Source: Parasitella parasitica NRRL 2501 (Eukaryota > Fungi > Mucoromycota). From it: DNA of 56,179 nucleotides. The stretch spans positions 114,351 through 170,529 of the forward strand of contig MU619295.1 in assembly GCA_025201805.1 (NCBI GenBank). The letters are read 5' to 3'. Below the pieces are notes generated by a model. That model worked only from the letters and a program-made list of their open reading frames with translations. It did no database searches and was not told where the DNA came from. A program made the translations under genes and the position numbers. Positions 21,347-34,656 of this stretch are shown in pieces. How positions within the stretch are numbered: position 1 is the first letter of the stretch; each line of letters opens with the position of its first letter.

Positions 21347-24300
21347 TCAATAATAATGTACAAGAGTGAAAAAGGAACAATTGATTTGGAAGGTGAAGGA
21401 TTGTAAAGATGGTGAAAGGAGTGTATATGTATGGGCTCACTAATAACCTTTTATATATATGAATTCTGTATGATGTTGTATAAAGGCTCCTTATATATAG
21501 TTATTTAGCAATTCATTGATCAAGAACAAAAAAAAAGAAAAAGGGAAAAAAAGGCATTTTGTATATTCATAACGAGGTGTTTGTTATGTAGCTGTTTTTA
21601 GCTCAATCTGTGTAATCCGACAAAACACTCAATTTAACTTTGTAACCTTGCTATTATTATACGTTTCGACATCTTGTTTTCAATGGAATGGCCATATTAG
21701 TATTTTCATTATCGTTGTAATTAACTTGAGTGAAATTTGTATAATGAAATTCCACAAACAATACTAATAATATTTTTTTTTGAAAGCAATATGTAGCTGA
21801 ATTGCGGATAAGCGCCAAATTTAGAGCTAATTACTGCACGGTAGTACTAATATTAGTTGCTGTTGCGTTTCAGTCAGTTTCAAGATGATGGAATGTTTGA
21901 AGAAAAAGGATTATTGTGCCTTGCGCCTTTTTTTCAATAACGTGATTTTGAGCTCCTTTATGCTTCCACCATTTCAAGATGAAAAGCAAGATTAGGTCAT
22001 TTTTTCAAAAAAAAAATTTGAAGCAGGCAATGGAACTTAACCAACTTCATCTGAGATTTTTTGATAAAGATATTAATGAGCTTTCAAGTTCAAGGCTATC
22101 CTGACTTTGAGTACAGAGATGAATTGATGTCGATGAGTGTTAGCAACGTTTATCATACTTTACGAGGCACGGATCAGAACTTTTGACATGTAACTAAGCT
22201 GCTAGAAAAAAGTCAGAGATGGATATCAATTAGATTTAAGTCTTACATGTGTCTTGCAGCATAGGAGACACCATTTTTTATGGATTAGAGTCAAAACAAT
22301 TTATGTCAAGCAAAACAGTATTTCAAATATTGACGGGAAAAATAAACAAGGAAACTGTAAAAATAAAAGGCAAGCACCAGTTAATTTGATTTTTATCGAG
22401 ACTTTACACATAGACTTTCTGTATCAAGTGAAGCCATTTGATAAATCACCTTGTATGTCATTTATTGCCATAAAGCAGGGCATTCAACGTGTTTTGGAAT
22501 GACCCACAAAGCTATCTGAAAATTAAGAATACGGCAAAACGTGTATTCTTGGTCGCTTTGCGCAAGAGCCTAATACATGTATATCCGCACCCACATCACA
22601 TAAAACATTACTCTCTAAAAAATATGTTGAGTATATAATACAATATGTCTTTTCTTTCTTCTCTCCTATAAACTTTTCTTACCATTTCAATGAATGAGTG
22701 TAACAACAACAAGTCATGATGTTGAGAATGGCAATGGTTTATGGAATGTCAATATGCTATAGTACTGTCGACTTAAAGTAAGTTCACAAATGGTAGTGGA
22801 AGTGATAATAAAATTCTACCAGTGGATTCATTTGTAACCAAAGCTGTAGATCATCTGTTATTTTTTACTCAAAGGGATGATCAACTTGGATCAGAGCCAT
22901 GTAGTAGAGAATAATATAAAAATACACAGCATTCAAATCATTATATTTGTCCATACACCATACAGAGACAGGTGATGGAAATTTAATGAATGTTGCGTGC
23001 AAATTGAACCTTGTAAACCGAATGTTTCAACTCAAAAAACAGCTCTGAATAGGCGTTAGTCGACTTACTTCAGATGCCAACGAAAATTACTGAAGCACAT
23101 CAAGAATTATTTCAAGCGCTACAATAAAATTAGCAAATCTATTACATAAATTTCAGTATTCACATTTAAAGATATCATAGATTAGAAATATGGGGTTCAA
23201 CACAACTTATATTGTATATATTCGCATCCTTTGCAAGTTAAGCGCTCATAGGCATATTACACATATGCATATCGCATAATGATGTAAAATACGGTTTGAA
23301 CATACGCCCATATACAAAAAGAATTTCGCCTTATACAAATGTAACATTTGATAATATATGCAAAAGATCATCTGATATTTCCAAAATCATAGATGTAAAG
23401 GTGTAGTTAATTGCAAAAGAAGATTTTCAATACAGTGGGTTTGTACATAAAATCATGTTTTACGAGCAGATATGCATACAATTAAGGTTATTCCAGTCTA
23501 TTTAAAGGGAATTATATGCACTACAGTAAAAATCATATCGTATAAGCATCGCTCAACTCGTATCAGCAATAGAACCATCGCATCCTGATTATAAAATGTT
23601 AGTAAAGATAAGAAATAAGTTTACTACACGAGAACTAGAATGAAGCACCATGTGCGTATAGCGTAATGTTATTATTGCATCCAATTAATGACCTTTGTAA
23701 TATTTAAAGTGTACAGGACAGATTAACTCATATTCGAGCATTGAGGCATTATGATCGATACAAAATAACCCAGCATCAGTAACTATAACACGCAGATTAT
23801 ACAGAGCTAGACTTTGACTCGAGTTGACATGTCCTATCCATTGTGATCGCAAGACACCCGTATTTAATTAATAGAAAGCAAATTTTTTATGTACTGTCAA
23901 AAGATCAGATCTAACAGCAACAAAGCCATTACTAAGCTCCTTCATAAAGGAGTAATAAATCTTAGAAATACCGAAATCATTCCGGTTACGGCAAAGAATT
24001 TTTCCAAGATATCTACAATGAAGAAAACATCCACCTGAATTCATTTAAGCGAAAACAGATGTTCAATTACACAATACAACAGAAAACACACTGGTTGTCT
24101 ATGGTTTAAAAACCCATGCAAATGAAGTTTTGATGGAAGGCCTTACATTACTCCGAGGTGACGGACGGGGGGGGGGGAGTAGTTTTTTTTACACGGTTCC
24201 TGGCCAATATAAAGCAGGTAGTGGCACTAGACGAGTGTATATCATTAGAACACTAACAGAAGCAAACAAAAATGCTCGGATCTTGTTACTTCGCAAAAAA

Positions 24301-25654
24301 AAAAAAGTACAAATAACTGTTACACGATGGAGAATAGAGTGAGACAATTGATTTTATCTTGATCCATGTATTTTGGTACAAATTCGGGGCAACGCCGATT
24401 TAATACCTTTCTAATGTATAAATTCATTTATTGTCTTTCTAATCGCATTTGCCCAAGTATTCATTATAATTGAACAAAAACCGCGGATGAAATGCCTTCT
24501 GTCATGGTAAATGATGGAAGTATATTTCCAAGATGAGATATGCCCCGAAAATGCGACCGGCAAATGCCATCTTTCTGCGCTTCTAGAGGATAAACGCATA
24601 TATAGAAAACACAGAATTGAACAAACGAAAATATACAATTCAATTCCAGTTTCTTTTTGACAGGACAACAATGAATCTCCATAGGATGGATGAAACTAGA
24701 CTTTTTTTTAATCAAGCTTCAAGCTAAAAACAAAAAAAAAAAAGAACAAGAATACCTGTCAAAAGAGAAGGTGGTGTTTGATTGGAAATCAAGGGTTGTC
24801 AGGGAAACCATTTTCTAAACCGAAAGTTTTGGATTTTCCTATCATGATCTCATATAGTAACATGTAGATCATGTTATCATTTCTATGATTTAATATTACT
24901 CATTGTATTAAAATTACAATGGCAACCACACACTTCATAATGGATCACCTCATCTAAACATTCGTAGTTTAAAGAAATGCAACTTGGTCGACGAGGTTCC
25001 TGATTGGCTTTGTGTCAATTGAGGTTCCTTGAATTGCCATAAAGAGCCCAGGTCAAAGAAAATGTACGTGGCATTTTATGAGGATGAAACATTGCCCATA
25101 ATGATAATTTTAAATTCGTGAACGTTAGGCTTTTTTAAGGTTTCCCTTTTTTTTCTCTCTCTTTCATAATATAATATGCTATTTTAAAATTAAAATGATG
25201 CTATTTTATGGCATTAGAAACGGTCAAAATACCAATTCAGTTCAAAACTGAGGTACAATGTATAATCAAAAATCCCGGGCCCCCTTTTTTCTTTTTATCT
25301 TGTCAAACAGAAATGATTTTTCTTCATAGCAATACATTGATTTGACTGGCCATGTTTGATGGAAATCATCTTACTTCTGAGACAAGACAAATCAAATCGG
25401 TAAGATGTCAATCAGGGGAAGTCAATTTGAGTTGTGAATGGGATCTGAAAGAAAAGAAAGGGACCCTATTCTTTCGGTATAAAAAGAACAAGAAATCGAG
25501 ATTCAACTGACCTTTTCCAACTTGTTCATACAACAAACCTCGGATAAATCACTATTTAAACAAGCTGCAGGATCAGCCTATTTTACTCTTTCTTTTTTCA
25601 TAATCATTCATTTAGACAGCTCGCAGCGCGATCCCATTTACATTCGTTAGAAAT

Positions 25655-26509
25655 ATGCGTTTTACATCCATCATTACAGTCGCTCTTTCCTTTGCTGGTC
25701 TAGTCAAGGCGCTCCCTATTGAATCTCGCAGTGCCACTTCTTTGAACGGTGTCACTTATACTGCTCGTAACGCGGATGGCTCATGCCAATCTGCCTCGGA
25801 AATCGTTGCATCAGTTAAATTAATGAAAGCCAGCGGTGTAAACAAGATCCGTACATACGCCCAAGAATGTGAATCCCTCCCCAATATTCTCAGTGCCATC
25901 AAACAAGTTGGTGGTATGACCGTCTTGCCTGGTGTCTGGATCGACGGTAGCTCTAACGATGATGCTGAAATCGCAAGACTTCAAAAAGTACTGAATACCG
26001 CTGACAATATTAATGCAATTACCGGTATCCTTGTTGGCAACGAAGTTGTCTTCAACAACGTCATGTCCTCTTCTCAATTAGCTGGAAAAATCAACCAAGT
26101 AAAGAAGATTTCAAAAGGCATTCAAGTCGGTACTGCCGAGGTTGATTCCACTTATACCAGTGAGTTAATGGCTGCTTCTGACTTTGCTGGCGTCAATATC
26201 CACCCTTATTTTGCATCTGTCAACATTAAAAGTGCTTACAACAACTTGAATCAAAGATACAATACGTTCAAAAAGTCTGCTGGTGGTAAGCAAGTCTATA
26301 TCACGGAAACTGGCTGGCCTAGTTCTGGTGCTGCTTCAGGTGCTGCTCAACCTAGTCTTGCTAACACTGAAGCTTTTGTGAAGTCGTTATCTACTTCTTC
26401 TCTTCCTTACTACTACTTTGAATGGGCTGATTCCAACTGGAAGGGTGCTAGTGTCGAGTCTCATTTTGGCCTTCTAAACGGTCATGGAATTGCAAAGTTT
26501 GCCATTTAA
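25655..26509 (+). CDS. secreted glycoside hydrolase family 17 (beta-1,3-glucanase/glucanosyltransferase, Scw4/Bgl2-like)
   Basis: Signal peptide plus IRTY, VGNEV (acid/base), NIHPYF, ITETGWPS (nucleophile) and ESHFGL. TATAAAA at about 25478. Confidence 0.9.
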   Translation: MRFTSIITVALSFAGLVKALPIESRSATSLNGVTYTARNADGSCQSASEIVASVKLMKASGVNKIRTYAQECESLPNILSAIKQVGGMTVLPGVWIDGSSNDDAEIARLQKVLNTADNINAITGILVGNEVVFNNVMSSSQLAGKINQVKKISKGIQVGTAEVDSTYTSELMAASDFAGVNIHPYFASVNIKSAYNNLNQRYNTFKKSAGGKQVYITETGWPSSGAASGAAQPSLANTEAFVKSLSTSSLPYYYFEWADSNWKGASVESHFGLLNGHGIAKFAI

Positions 26510-26729
26510 TAAACACAATGAAACATTGCACAATCCGTATCGTATTATAACGTTCATAGACTTGATGTCGCTCTGTACAACATCTGTATAAATAAACTTG
26601 AAGCTTGTGTTGCGTAACCTTTATTTTTCTTTCTTTTCGATCTACTATACACTTGCATTTAACTTTTTTTCACTCATTTCTCTCCTCTCGTTAATCTCAA
26701 CATACGCAATACATAATCAATAAAATTGA

Positions 26730-27233
26730 ATGCAGTTCTTTAATATCACTGTGCTGTTTTTGACACTAGTTTGCACTTTTCAACTTGCCCAGGCTCAGTT
26801 AGGACCTTCTGTTTTATCTCCTGAACAAAATACAACTGTACCAGCGGGCGGAAAACTTGATATTGTTTATCGCTATCAGAATATAGGAACAGGCAACTAC
26901 TCTGTCGATATTCAACTGTGGCAAGATGCAGCAGTAACTATCCCAATTTCTAATATTACCATAAATCATGAAATCAAGCCTGGAAATTCTAGTGGCGTGC
27001 AAGTTAATTTTTTGCTGAATGACACGTATACATGGAGTGTACCTCATGGACTGAACAAAACATTTTGGTTGACTGTAACTGAAAAGGCCGAAACCTCCTT
27101 CTACACAAAGGGCATTTCTCTGCGTTCTCGCCCAGTCATGCTTCATCCAAGCGCTGCCATCATGAATAGCCCTGCTTCTTATGCTATTTTATTCACTCTT
27201 TCTATTTTTACCATCATATTCTCTTTTATATAA
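26730..27233 (+). CDS. secreted, probably GPI-anchored cell-surface protein (Kre9/Knh1-like N-terminal fold)
   Basis: N-terminal signal peptide, many N-glycosylation sequons, a YTWSVP motif and a C-terminal hydrophobic tail after SAA. Confidence 0.7.
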   Translation: MQFFNITVLFLTLVCTFQLAQAQLGPSVLSPEQNTTVPAGGKLDIVYRYQNIGTGNYSVDIQLWQDAAVTIPISNITINHEIKPGNSSGVQVNFLLNDTYTWSVPHGLNKTFWLTVTEKAETSFYTKGISLRSRPVMLHPSAAIMNSPASYAILFTLSIFTIIFSFI

Positions 27234-27533
27234 GAAATTCAGATTCCCTAAACTGTGATTATCACATTCAAGATTTTCGCGTAATACACAAACACACAAT
27301 AAAATAAAGATCATTTATAGGGATCCTTTCGTATTGTGATCGATCCATTGTGTATTAAACTCCTACCTTTATACAAAGTTTTAACGTCAGGGATCTCAGG
27401 GGAAGAGATTACATTTATACTAATGGATCAAAAAAATTCAAAATGCACCAGACAGATCAATTCTATATAAAGGCCGAAATCAGGGCTTTTGGTTTTTGTT
27501 TTATCATAGCAAAAAGTAAATAACTAGACGGAA

Positions 27534-28801
27534 ATGCCTCCACAAGAACTTACACCGCCCAATGCTAACTATGGAATCTTTCGCGATTGGGATAAATCGC
27601 TGAAGCGTTGGTTCACAAACAGCTACAAGACTGAGCTAAAAAATGTTCATATTGGTAGCAACAGATCATAAATATATAGCCGTCAGTAGTTTCTAATGCT
27701 TTTGCTTATAGACCATATACTGAACGGTACAACTTGCCAACCCATCTCTCTCAAGGAATTTCAATTCTTTCTACAAAATAAAGAGCATTCGGCTGAAAAT
27801 TTGGACTTTTATTTCTGGTATCTTGGGTACAAGAAGCGCTTCGAAAAGCTCTCGGATGATGAAAAGGCGAAATCTCCTCCGCCCAAAGAAAGACCTAGCC
27901 CTGGTGTCATTTACAATAATCCAAACAAGCCCAACAAAGACGAGAAACAGGTGGCAGAAGAGCTGGAAAAACAAGATCAATTGATAGATCAACAGTCTTA
28001 CCGCGAAGAGATTGAGGCCATCGTACTAACCTTCTTCCATGAGGATTCTTTCAAGGAACTCAACGTAGACAGTTACCTCAGTAGATACGTTACCTACTAC
28101 AGTCAACAGACTACCCACCCTGATATATTTGAAGACATCCATCAACACATTTACAATATTCTAAAGACATCCAGCTTCCCTAGTTTCATTCATCATGCTA
28201 CCCAGAACATTCGATACACATTTTATGTCATTGAATATGCAGGTGTAATCTTCAATCTGCTTCATATTCCTGTTGTGCTTTATTATACTTATTCCCATCA
28301 CATGTCTCGATGGTACCGCCTCTCTCTCTTTTGGTTTTCCTTCTTCTTCTCTACTAGTCTACTCTCTGGCCGAGCAGGCTTCTGTACAATCAGGGGGTTT
28401 TCTAATTTCAGACAAGTCCCCTTGTATGAATTCAGTGAATACAAGGTAGAAAGAGGCACTGTCGAGAAGTTTATTAAGAATGGGCCTGTGGGATTGCCAC
28501 TGCAGCTCCAGGAGCAGCCATTGCTTCCTGAACAAGGCAATGACAAGAAGGACAAGAAAAAGAAGAAGAAGAGGAGTCTCACTGAAATCCTAGATCCTGA
28601 GGTATTGAAATACGGAAGAGTAAGTTTAATGAATACAATTCGCTTCATTTATAATAAGCATTAATAACTTTTATTTCTTTTTAGCAAATGTGGTGGCATA
28701 TTGTCATTGCAGGCATTATTTTCTCCTCTATTGTAACCATAATAGGTGTTTCTATAACAAACGAATATGATTTACCTTCTGCTCCACCTATGCCACCTTG
28801 A
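27534..28801 (+). CDS. RGS-domain membrane protein (Rax1-like), 3 exons
   Basis: Exons 27534-27654, 27712-28619 and 28685-28801. The RGS motif LKEFQFFLQNKEHSAENLDFYFWY...KELNV is followed by about 3 hydrophobic helices. Confidence 0.8.
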
Positions 28802-30448
28802 ATAAGCCGTATTTCTACCGCTCACATTGTTCCAACCATAACTTAATACTTAATTTTTTATCGAATTTTCTGTCTGAATAAAACATCAATACCATTAAAC
28901 GCTTAAAAATATATGTTCAAATGGCTAACAGAAATGATACATTAGACTTAGGGATATATTATCATCAACTGCATACATTAAAATGTACTACATAGTCTTT
29001 TTTTGATTTTCATTTGAGAGCATTTGTTAGTTCGTGGTGAAGTGCGATCGACCGGGGATAACTTTTATATAAAAAAGGGCAAAGGGGTAGGTAGTAGGGG
29101 ATAAAACAGTATATACAATTGACCCATGTTAAATAGTCTAATGCGCTCAAACTAAAACAAGCATTTATTTTGATAGAAACCATGTTTGTAAGTATCAACA
29201 AACTATACTTTTTTTCATTTCGTTGTCAATTTGTTGTCAAATTTATTGTCAACTTAATGTCAGTTATGACCAGTGTTTATCTAGATTGTTAGCAAACAGA
29301 TACACTGTATACGTCTAAATATATGTTTATACATAGACGACAATATAGGACAAAGTGCTGTACTTATTCAAATGCATAGCATTGTTCTATGCATATATTT
29401 TGGCATAAGTATATATACTGCATTCGAGTGCCTTTGCTTGTACTTAATCCTCTTTACAAGCCTATATATTATTTACTGCTATCAACATATAAATGTTTAT
29501 GTTTATGTATAATTTCATTAATAGTATTTATTCTCGCTTGGGATACTATGCTCTTGGCTTTTATTTTTACTAAAGCTGATCTGATCACCAGGAGGATCAC
29601 CCAGGAGATAGACAATATAATTCAATTCTACCAAAAGTAATCATTTAGATCTGTTTGATTACCTATGCTAATAATCCACCCCCCCTCCCTTCCCCTTATT
29701 ACCAAATGCTGACTGCAGCTGGAAAGGAGTATATATTGAAATGCTTGTTCCTAGTATAAAGTCTCTTTCCAATCTATATGTCTGTATGTGTAAAATACTC
29801 AACGAGTAGATTTTATGATATTTGAACAACTATGTACCGTAACACTAATAGTAATTTTGGATTTGGCATTATTTAGGAAACCAAATGTGTTTACTATTGT
29901 ATGGAAAACTATTCACAGATAATTACCTGAGCATAGTCCCTATTTTTCTCTTCTTATCACATAAGGTTGAAGGTTGCATATTAATTTAACATTGATATTA
30001 CATGCCCTAAATGCATGGTATCTCAATTGATTGAATTAGCATTGACCATCCCCTGATAGAGACAAATATTATACACTGTAGAGGGGAGGAGGCGCGCAAC
30101 AACCTTTTTTTAGGCTCTCTTCTTTTATTTTTATCATTGTCATTGGAATTTGCTGTCTTTAAATCGATGCATGGATGCATAGATCATATTTTATTTACAC
30201 GTGAGGTAATTTGAATTGTGATACGCTATGTTCAAAAATTATTCGCACAAGCTAAAGGAAAAAATTGCTCACTTTTTTTGTTGTGCCTGAAAGTAATGGC
30301 TCCAAATCTGGGTGGTCCCAGAGTAAGGCGCTTTATGACAAAGAGTTATATGCAGCTTGTACCAGCCGAGCACTGTATTAATTCTATTCTTATTATTTCA
30401 CCCTAGTTATTGTGTCTTGTAATGCGTAACAGCAAAGAAATTTACAAT

Positions 30449-32506
30449 TTATTTTTCTTTATGCGTCCAACTTGTGATGCCATTTACATCTAGCTCTGTA
30501 ATATCTTGCTCAGATAAACCTAAAACTTCTTTTAAAACTTCGTCTGTATGTGCACCCAAGTCAGGACCTGTAGTCTGCATTAGTTTCCATTTGACCAGGG
30601 CGTCCCAAAATACATTACCAGCCCATTCGGTTGAACCAGGAGTTGTATTGAGAACAGGAGACATGCCAGGCACCTACCAAGCAATTATTTTTATCAGTAT
30701 ACTTAGTTTTGCTAGCATATAAATTACTGAATTACAAACCTTTAAGTTCCATCCTCTGCCATCCTCTTCAGTTCCTATAGTGACGTTCTCAATCATTCCT
30801 CTAGCATTGATGTGCTTGTCTTCTACGATATCCTTAGCGTCATAAATTTTGCCTGCAGGCACAGAAACTTTCTCCAAAACCTCGAGAACTTGATCAGTTG
30901 TTCGTTCAGATGTCCAAGCAGCTGCATGGTATATAAATGTGTGAGAATCAAGATTTCATGAAGCTTGATAAGATTAATATAGCTCACATATAGCACCATC
31001 TATAGCTGCCTGTTCCTTGACTCTATCTGAATTGACGCTATACTTTTTGCCAGTCTAAGAAGCAAAATTAGACCGCTTATTTGCAAAGCATCACTATGGT
31101 CGCAATACATACAAGGTCACTTCTGCCAATAGCATTCATAAGTCGAACATAGATGCTATCCCCATTTCCCCCAATTATGACATGCTTGCCGTCTTTACAT
31201 GGATAAGTATTTGTGGGGACAATACCTGTCAATGTAGTTCCAGATGGCTGGCGAATCTATCAAGTATGTGTTATAAACCGTTGTAGTAAAACCCGACGTT
31301 CTGCATAGTAAATTACCTGATTAAAACGATCGTACTCGGGAATAACACTTTCCATCATATTGAGCATGCTTTCATAGATGGCCACATCCACTACCTGTCC
31401 TGTTCTTTCCGCTTGGCTTTGACCAAGTTTGTTTTTTGCTACCAACGACAGCAAAACACCAAGAGTAGCATGTAAGCCAGCCAAAGAGTCACCTAAACTC
31501 ATGTTGGGTCTGACAGGAGGCTGTCCTGGATGTCCATTGATGAACCTAAACCCGCCCATTCCTTCGCAGACTGAAGCATAACCTGGCCGTTTTGAATAAG
31601 GGCCAGTTTGTCCATAGCCAGAAATGCGAGTGTAGATTAATTTAGGGTTGGCAGGGTAAATATCCTCTATAACAATTTACTCAATTTAAATGCTGTTACT
31701 GTATACGTCTCTATCACGAATATAATAATACCTGGTCCTAACCCCCATTTTTCCATAGTTCCTGGCTTGAAATTCTCAATAAGAACATCTGATTTTTCAG
31801 CTAAGCGTTTGACGAGGCTAATGTAGCATCAGCATTGCAATACCCTATTCACTGATAACCTCTCTTTTTTTTTTTGACCTACTTGCGTCCTTTCTCTGTT
31901 TTCAAGTCGATACAAACTGATTTCTTGTTTCTTGCCATGGATCGAAACCAAGGACTTTGGCCATCAGCATCCAAATTTCGCCAGATACGAAGAGGATCGC
32001 CGATTTTAGGTGGCTCAATTTTTATCTGCACACATTCAAACGGTTTATTATCTCGACAGTAGTGAAGGGATTTCGAATAGCTCAACTTACCACTTCTATT
32101 TTGCGCAACTGCAGTGTTAGCTTTTCGGCTACTACTCATAAAATTACCACTTGCCTGCACCGTAGTAGCTATTTTAGCAAAGTCAATGCACAGTTAGAAT
32201 GATTTATGGAAGCTGATTTTGTTTTGCTAGTAGTTTTACCCGAGAATTGATCCACAAAAAGGGCCAGCAATGAGCTGCAGTAGAAATGAATTCAGTGTTT
32301 GGCATTTACAAAAAAAAAATACTATTAGGCTATACCTGTCCTAGTTCCAATACACGAATACCTTCTAAAGGTTTGGGAGCCTTTGTCGCATTGAATCGCT
32401 TTAAAGTATCTATTTTCAAGTCAATATTGTGGGTCTTAGTGCAGGAATGGAAGCCCTCACCGAACGCTTTTAAACCAATATTTTTCCAGGATCTTCTACT
32501 GAGCAT
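30449..32506 (-). CDS. CoA-transferase family III (CaiB/BaiF, SUGCT-like) with a mitochondrial-type N-terminus, multi-exon
   Basis: Motifs PLEGIRVLELGQ, IKIEPP..GDPLR, ARNKKSVCIDLK, DVLIENFKPG, ISGYGQTGPY, GQVVDVAIYE and GPDLGAHTDEVL. Confidence 0.9.
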
Positions 32507-32917
32507 ATTGACTAAGTTCAACAACAATTTGTAAAAAAAAAAAAGCGTATAGAAGAAAGATGTTGCAGGCACCTTCTGTTTGGATAAAGATGAGTCTAAT
32601 CCAATCAAACTTCGATACTTTGACTTGAAGATTGTGTAACTAAAAAAGACAAAAGATGTACTGATGCTTTTAAAAATGTATCTACCACAGGAGATACATC
32701 ATATTACTTTCAAGGTGGTGCAAATTAATGTCTCTAAAAATGTATTATAGTATCTTTCAAGATGATTCATGTAAAAGGTGCGTATACAGGTCAATAGATC
32801 ATGAGATATCTGATGCTGTAAGGACGCTGCTACTATCATTTGTAATGCTTTTGAGTCTCCATTACCAAAGATTTTACTTTGGTATTACTACCCTGAAAAT
32901 GCAAATTTTACAAAAAA

Positions 32918-33348
32918 CAGTGCTTCTAGTGCCAATTGACGCTTTTTCAGGATTAGCTCGCATTTTCGAACATCTCAATCTGCATTTAACCAAAATACAC
33001 TTTTTTTTTCTTTCTGTTGTTGCTTAAAACCTAAAAGGATAGAAAGCCTAGTACCTACGCTTTGCAATTATGTATGTTAAACGGAATTTTGTTCTTCTTC
33101 GTTTGATTGCTAATTGGAAATAAAGTCGAAATTATACATAATTTTAACAGAGGGACTGTAGTGGGATGTATCTTTTTGCTTTACATCCCGCTGTACAATA
33201 CCGATGTACATCTCAAACCAAGAGTAAGCCGAGACATCCTATGGAAACAGAGAATCCGCTCTCTTGAACATAGGTAAACGCTCTAACAGACGTCTTTGAA
33301 TGAAGCCTGGTGTGATTTAAAAAGCGTCAGTTGGCACTAGAGGCACTG
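32918..33348. mobile_element. 431-bp element bounded by 30-bp inverted repeats (Tc1-type MITE, or a structured RNA)
   Basis: CAGTGCTTCTAGTGCCAATTGACGCTTTTT (32918-32947) and AAAAAGCGTCAGTTGGCACTAGAGGCACTG (33319-33348) are 28/30 complementary. TA follows the right end and AA precedes the left end. Confidence 0.55.
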
Positions 33349-33543
33349 TAAGCGGAAGCTCAATCATCCGGGGATGGATGGATATTTGTATACAGGTGTT
33401 TTTCTATTCTGGCATTTATACGCGCTCACCGTATGACGTTTTGTTTATTTCTTTTGCTTTCTTACACAGCTCGAATAGATAACACAGTAAGTTTGCTATG
33501 GAATAACTAGGGCATGGCTTAACGACAATAGTAAAAGGGTAAG

Positions 33544-34365
33544 ATGGCTACATCGATAAAACTAACGGGACGCAAGAGCGACACTGATGTTGTGTTGACG
33601 GAAGAAATTGCGAATGCTGTAAGTATAATAGCAAAAGATGGTGTGAAAGGACGTGGATATATGTTTAACAAGAGACGTGCCGAGTAGTTGAGAGTGGAAT
33701 TGCCCCGCCGCTTCCGTCTTGCACCAGTAATGACATTACTATACAGTATCGACCAACACGGTATCAGTTTACATACGCTTTATCGATTAGTAAAGGAAAA
33801 CAAAGGGCCTTGCGTATTGGTGGTAAAGGACGAGGATGATAACGTAAGCTTGGCTTGATAGCTTTTCCTTTCGTAATGGACACTCATCGCACATCGATAG
33901 GTGTTTGGCGCATTCTTGAATGAGACTTTGCGACCAGATAAACGCTATTATGGTAATGGAGAATGGTAGGGTGCAGAAACAAAAGGGTCACTATAAGCCA
34001 ACGCATTACTGAAATGCATGAATTTTTACCTCATAGCTTTCTTTGGAAGTGGAGTCCAACGGAATCCAAAATCAAGGCATTCAAATGGACTGGTAAAAAC
34101 GAGTACATGATCCTTTCAGACATAAATTTCCTAGCGATTGGCGGAGGGTAAAGTGCAGTGCTATATAATGGTGCTATAAAAGTCGAGTGCTGCATAACTA
34201 AACTAATATTGAACTGTATACAGTGATGGCGTATTCGGACTGTGGATAAATTCAGAGCTGGAAAAGGGCTATTGCCAACCCTGCCAAACCTTTGACAACG
34301 AGATGCTATCGCCTAATCCAGAGTTCAAGTGTGTGGAATTGGAAGTTTGGGGTTTTAAGATATGA
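33544..34365 (+). CDS. OXR1: oxidation resistance protein 1 (TLDc domain), 5 coding exons, not recovered by the ORF track
   Basis: Exons at about 33544-33618, 33688-33843, 33901-33965, 34037-34147 and 34224-34365 give LPRRFRL..LLYSIDQHGISLHTLY..VFGAFLNE..YYGNGECFLWK..WTGKNEY..FLAIGGGDGVFGLWIN..CQTFDNEML..ELEVWGF. The start codon is slightly uncertain because of upstream intron-like segments. Confidence 0.9.
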
Positions 34366-34656
34366 AAGTACGGATAGAGCACAGCTGCTCGGTTGTAATA
34401 AATACCTGTATATACATGTTTATTATCAGATACCAGTGCGGGATAATTTCTTATCTAATCTGTTCGTTTTAGGAGAATTTATAATGTTTATTTTGTGTTC
34501 AAATGTAACTAGACGGGAAAAAATCCGGACAATTCAGTAACGATGCATTAAAACGCTAAACAAGGCCGTTCCTTGTATAAATCTCGGAGCAGTCAGCTGT
34601 GCTTCGACGAAATGGATGTATTTCTGAAGCATAGCAACAGATTACGCGACTGCGTA

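Noticed and set aside
21900-24700. Coding-like fragments and short ORFs in the long intergenic region
   Set aside because: Multiple stops and no identifiable family. Not assignable without a search.
33025-33036. TAAAACCTAAAA after a U-rich tract, as a telomerase RNA template (TTTTAGG repeat)
   Set aside because: The telomere repeat of this organism is unknown, the motif is low-complexity in AT-rich DNA, and no convincing CR4/5 was found.
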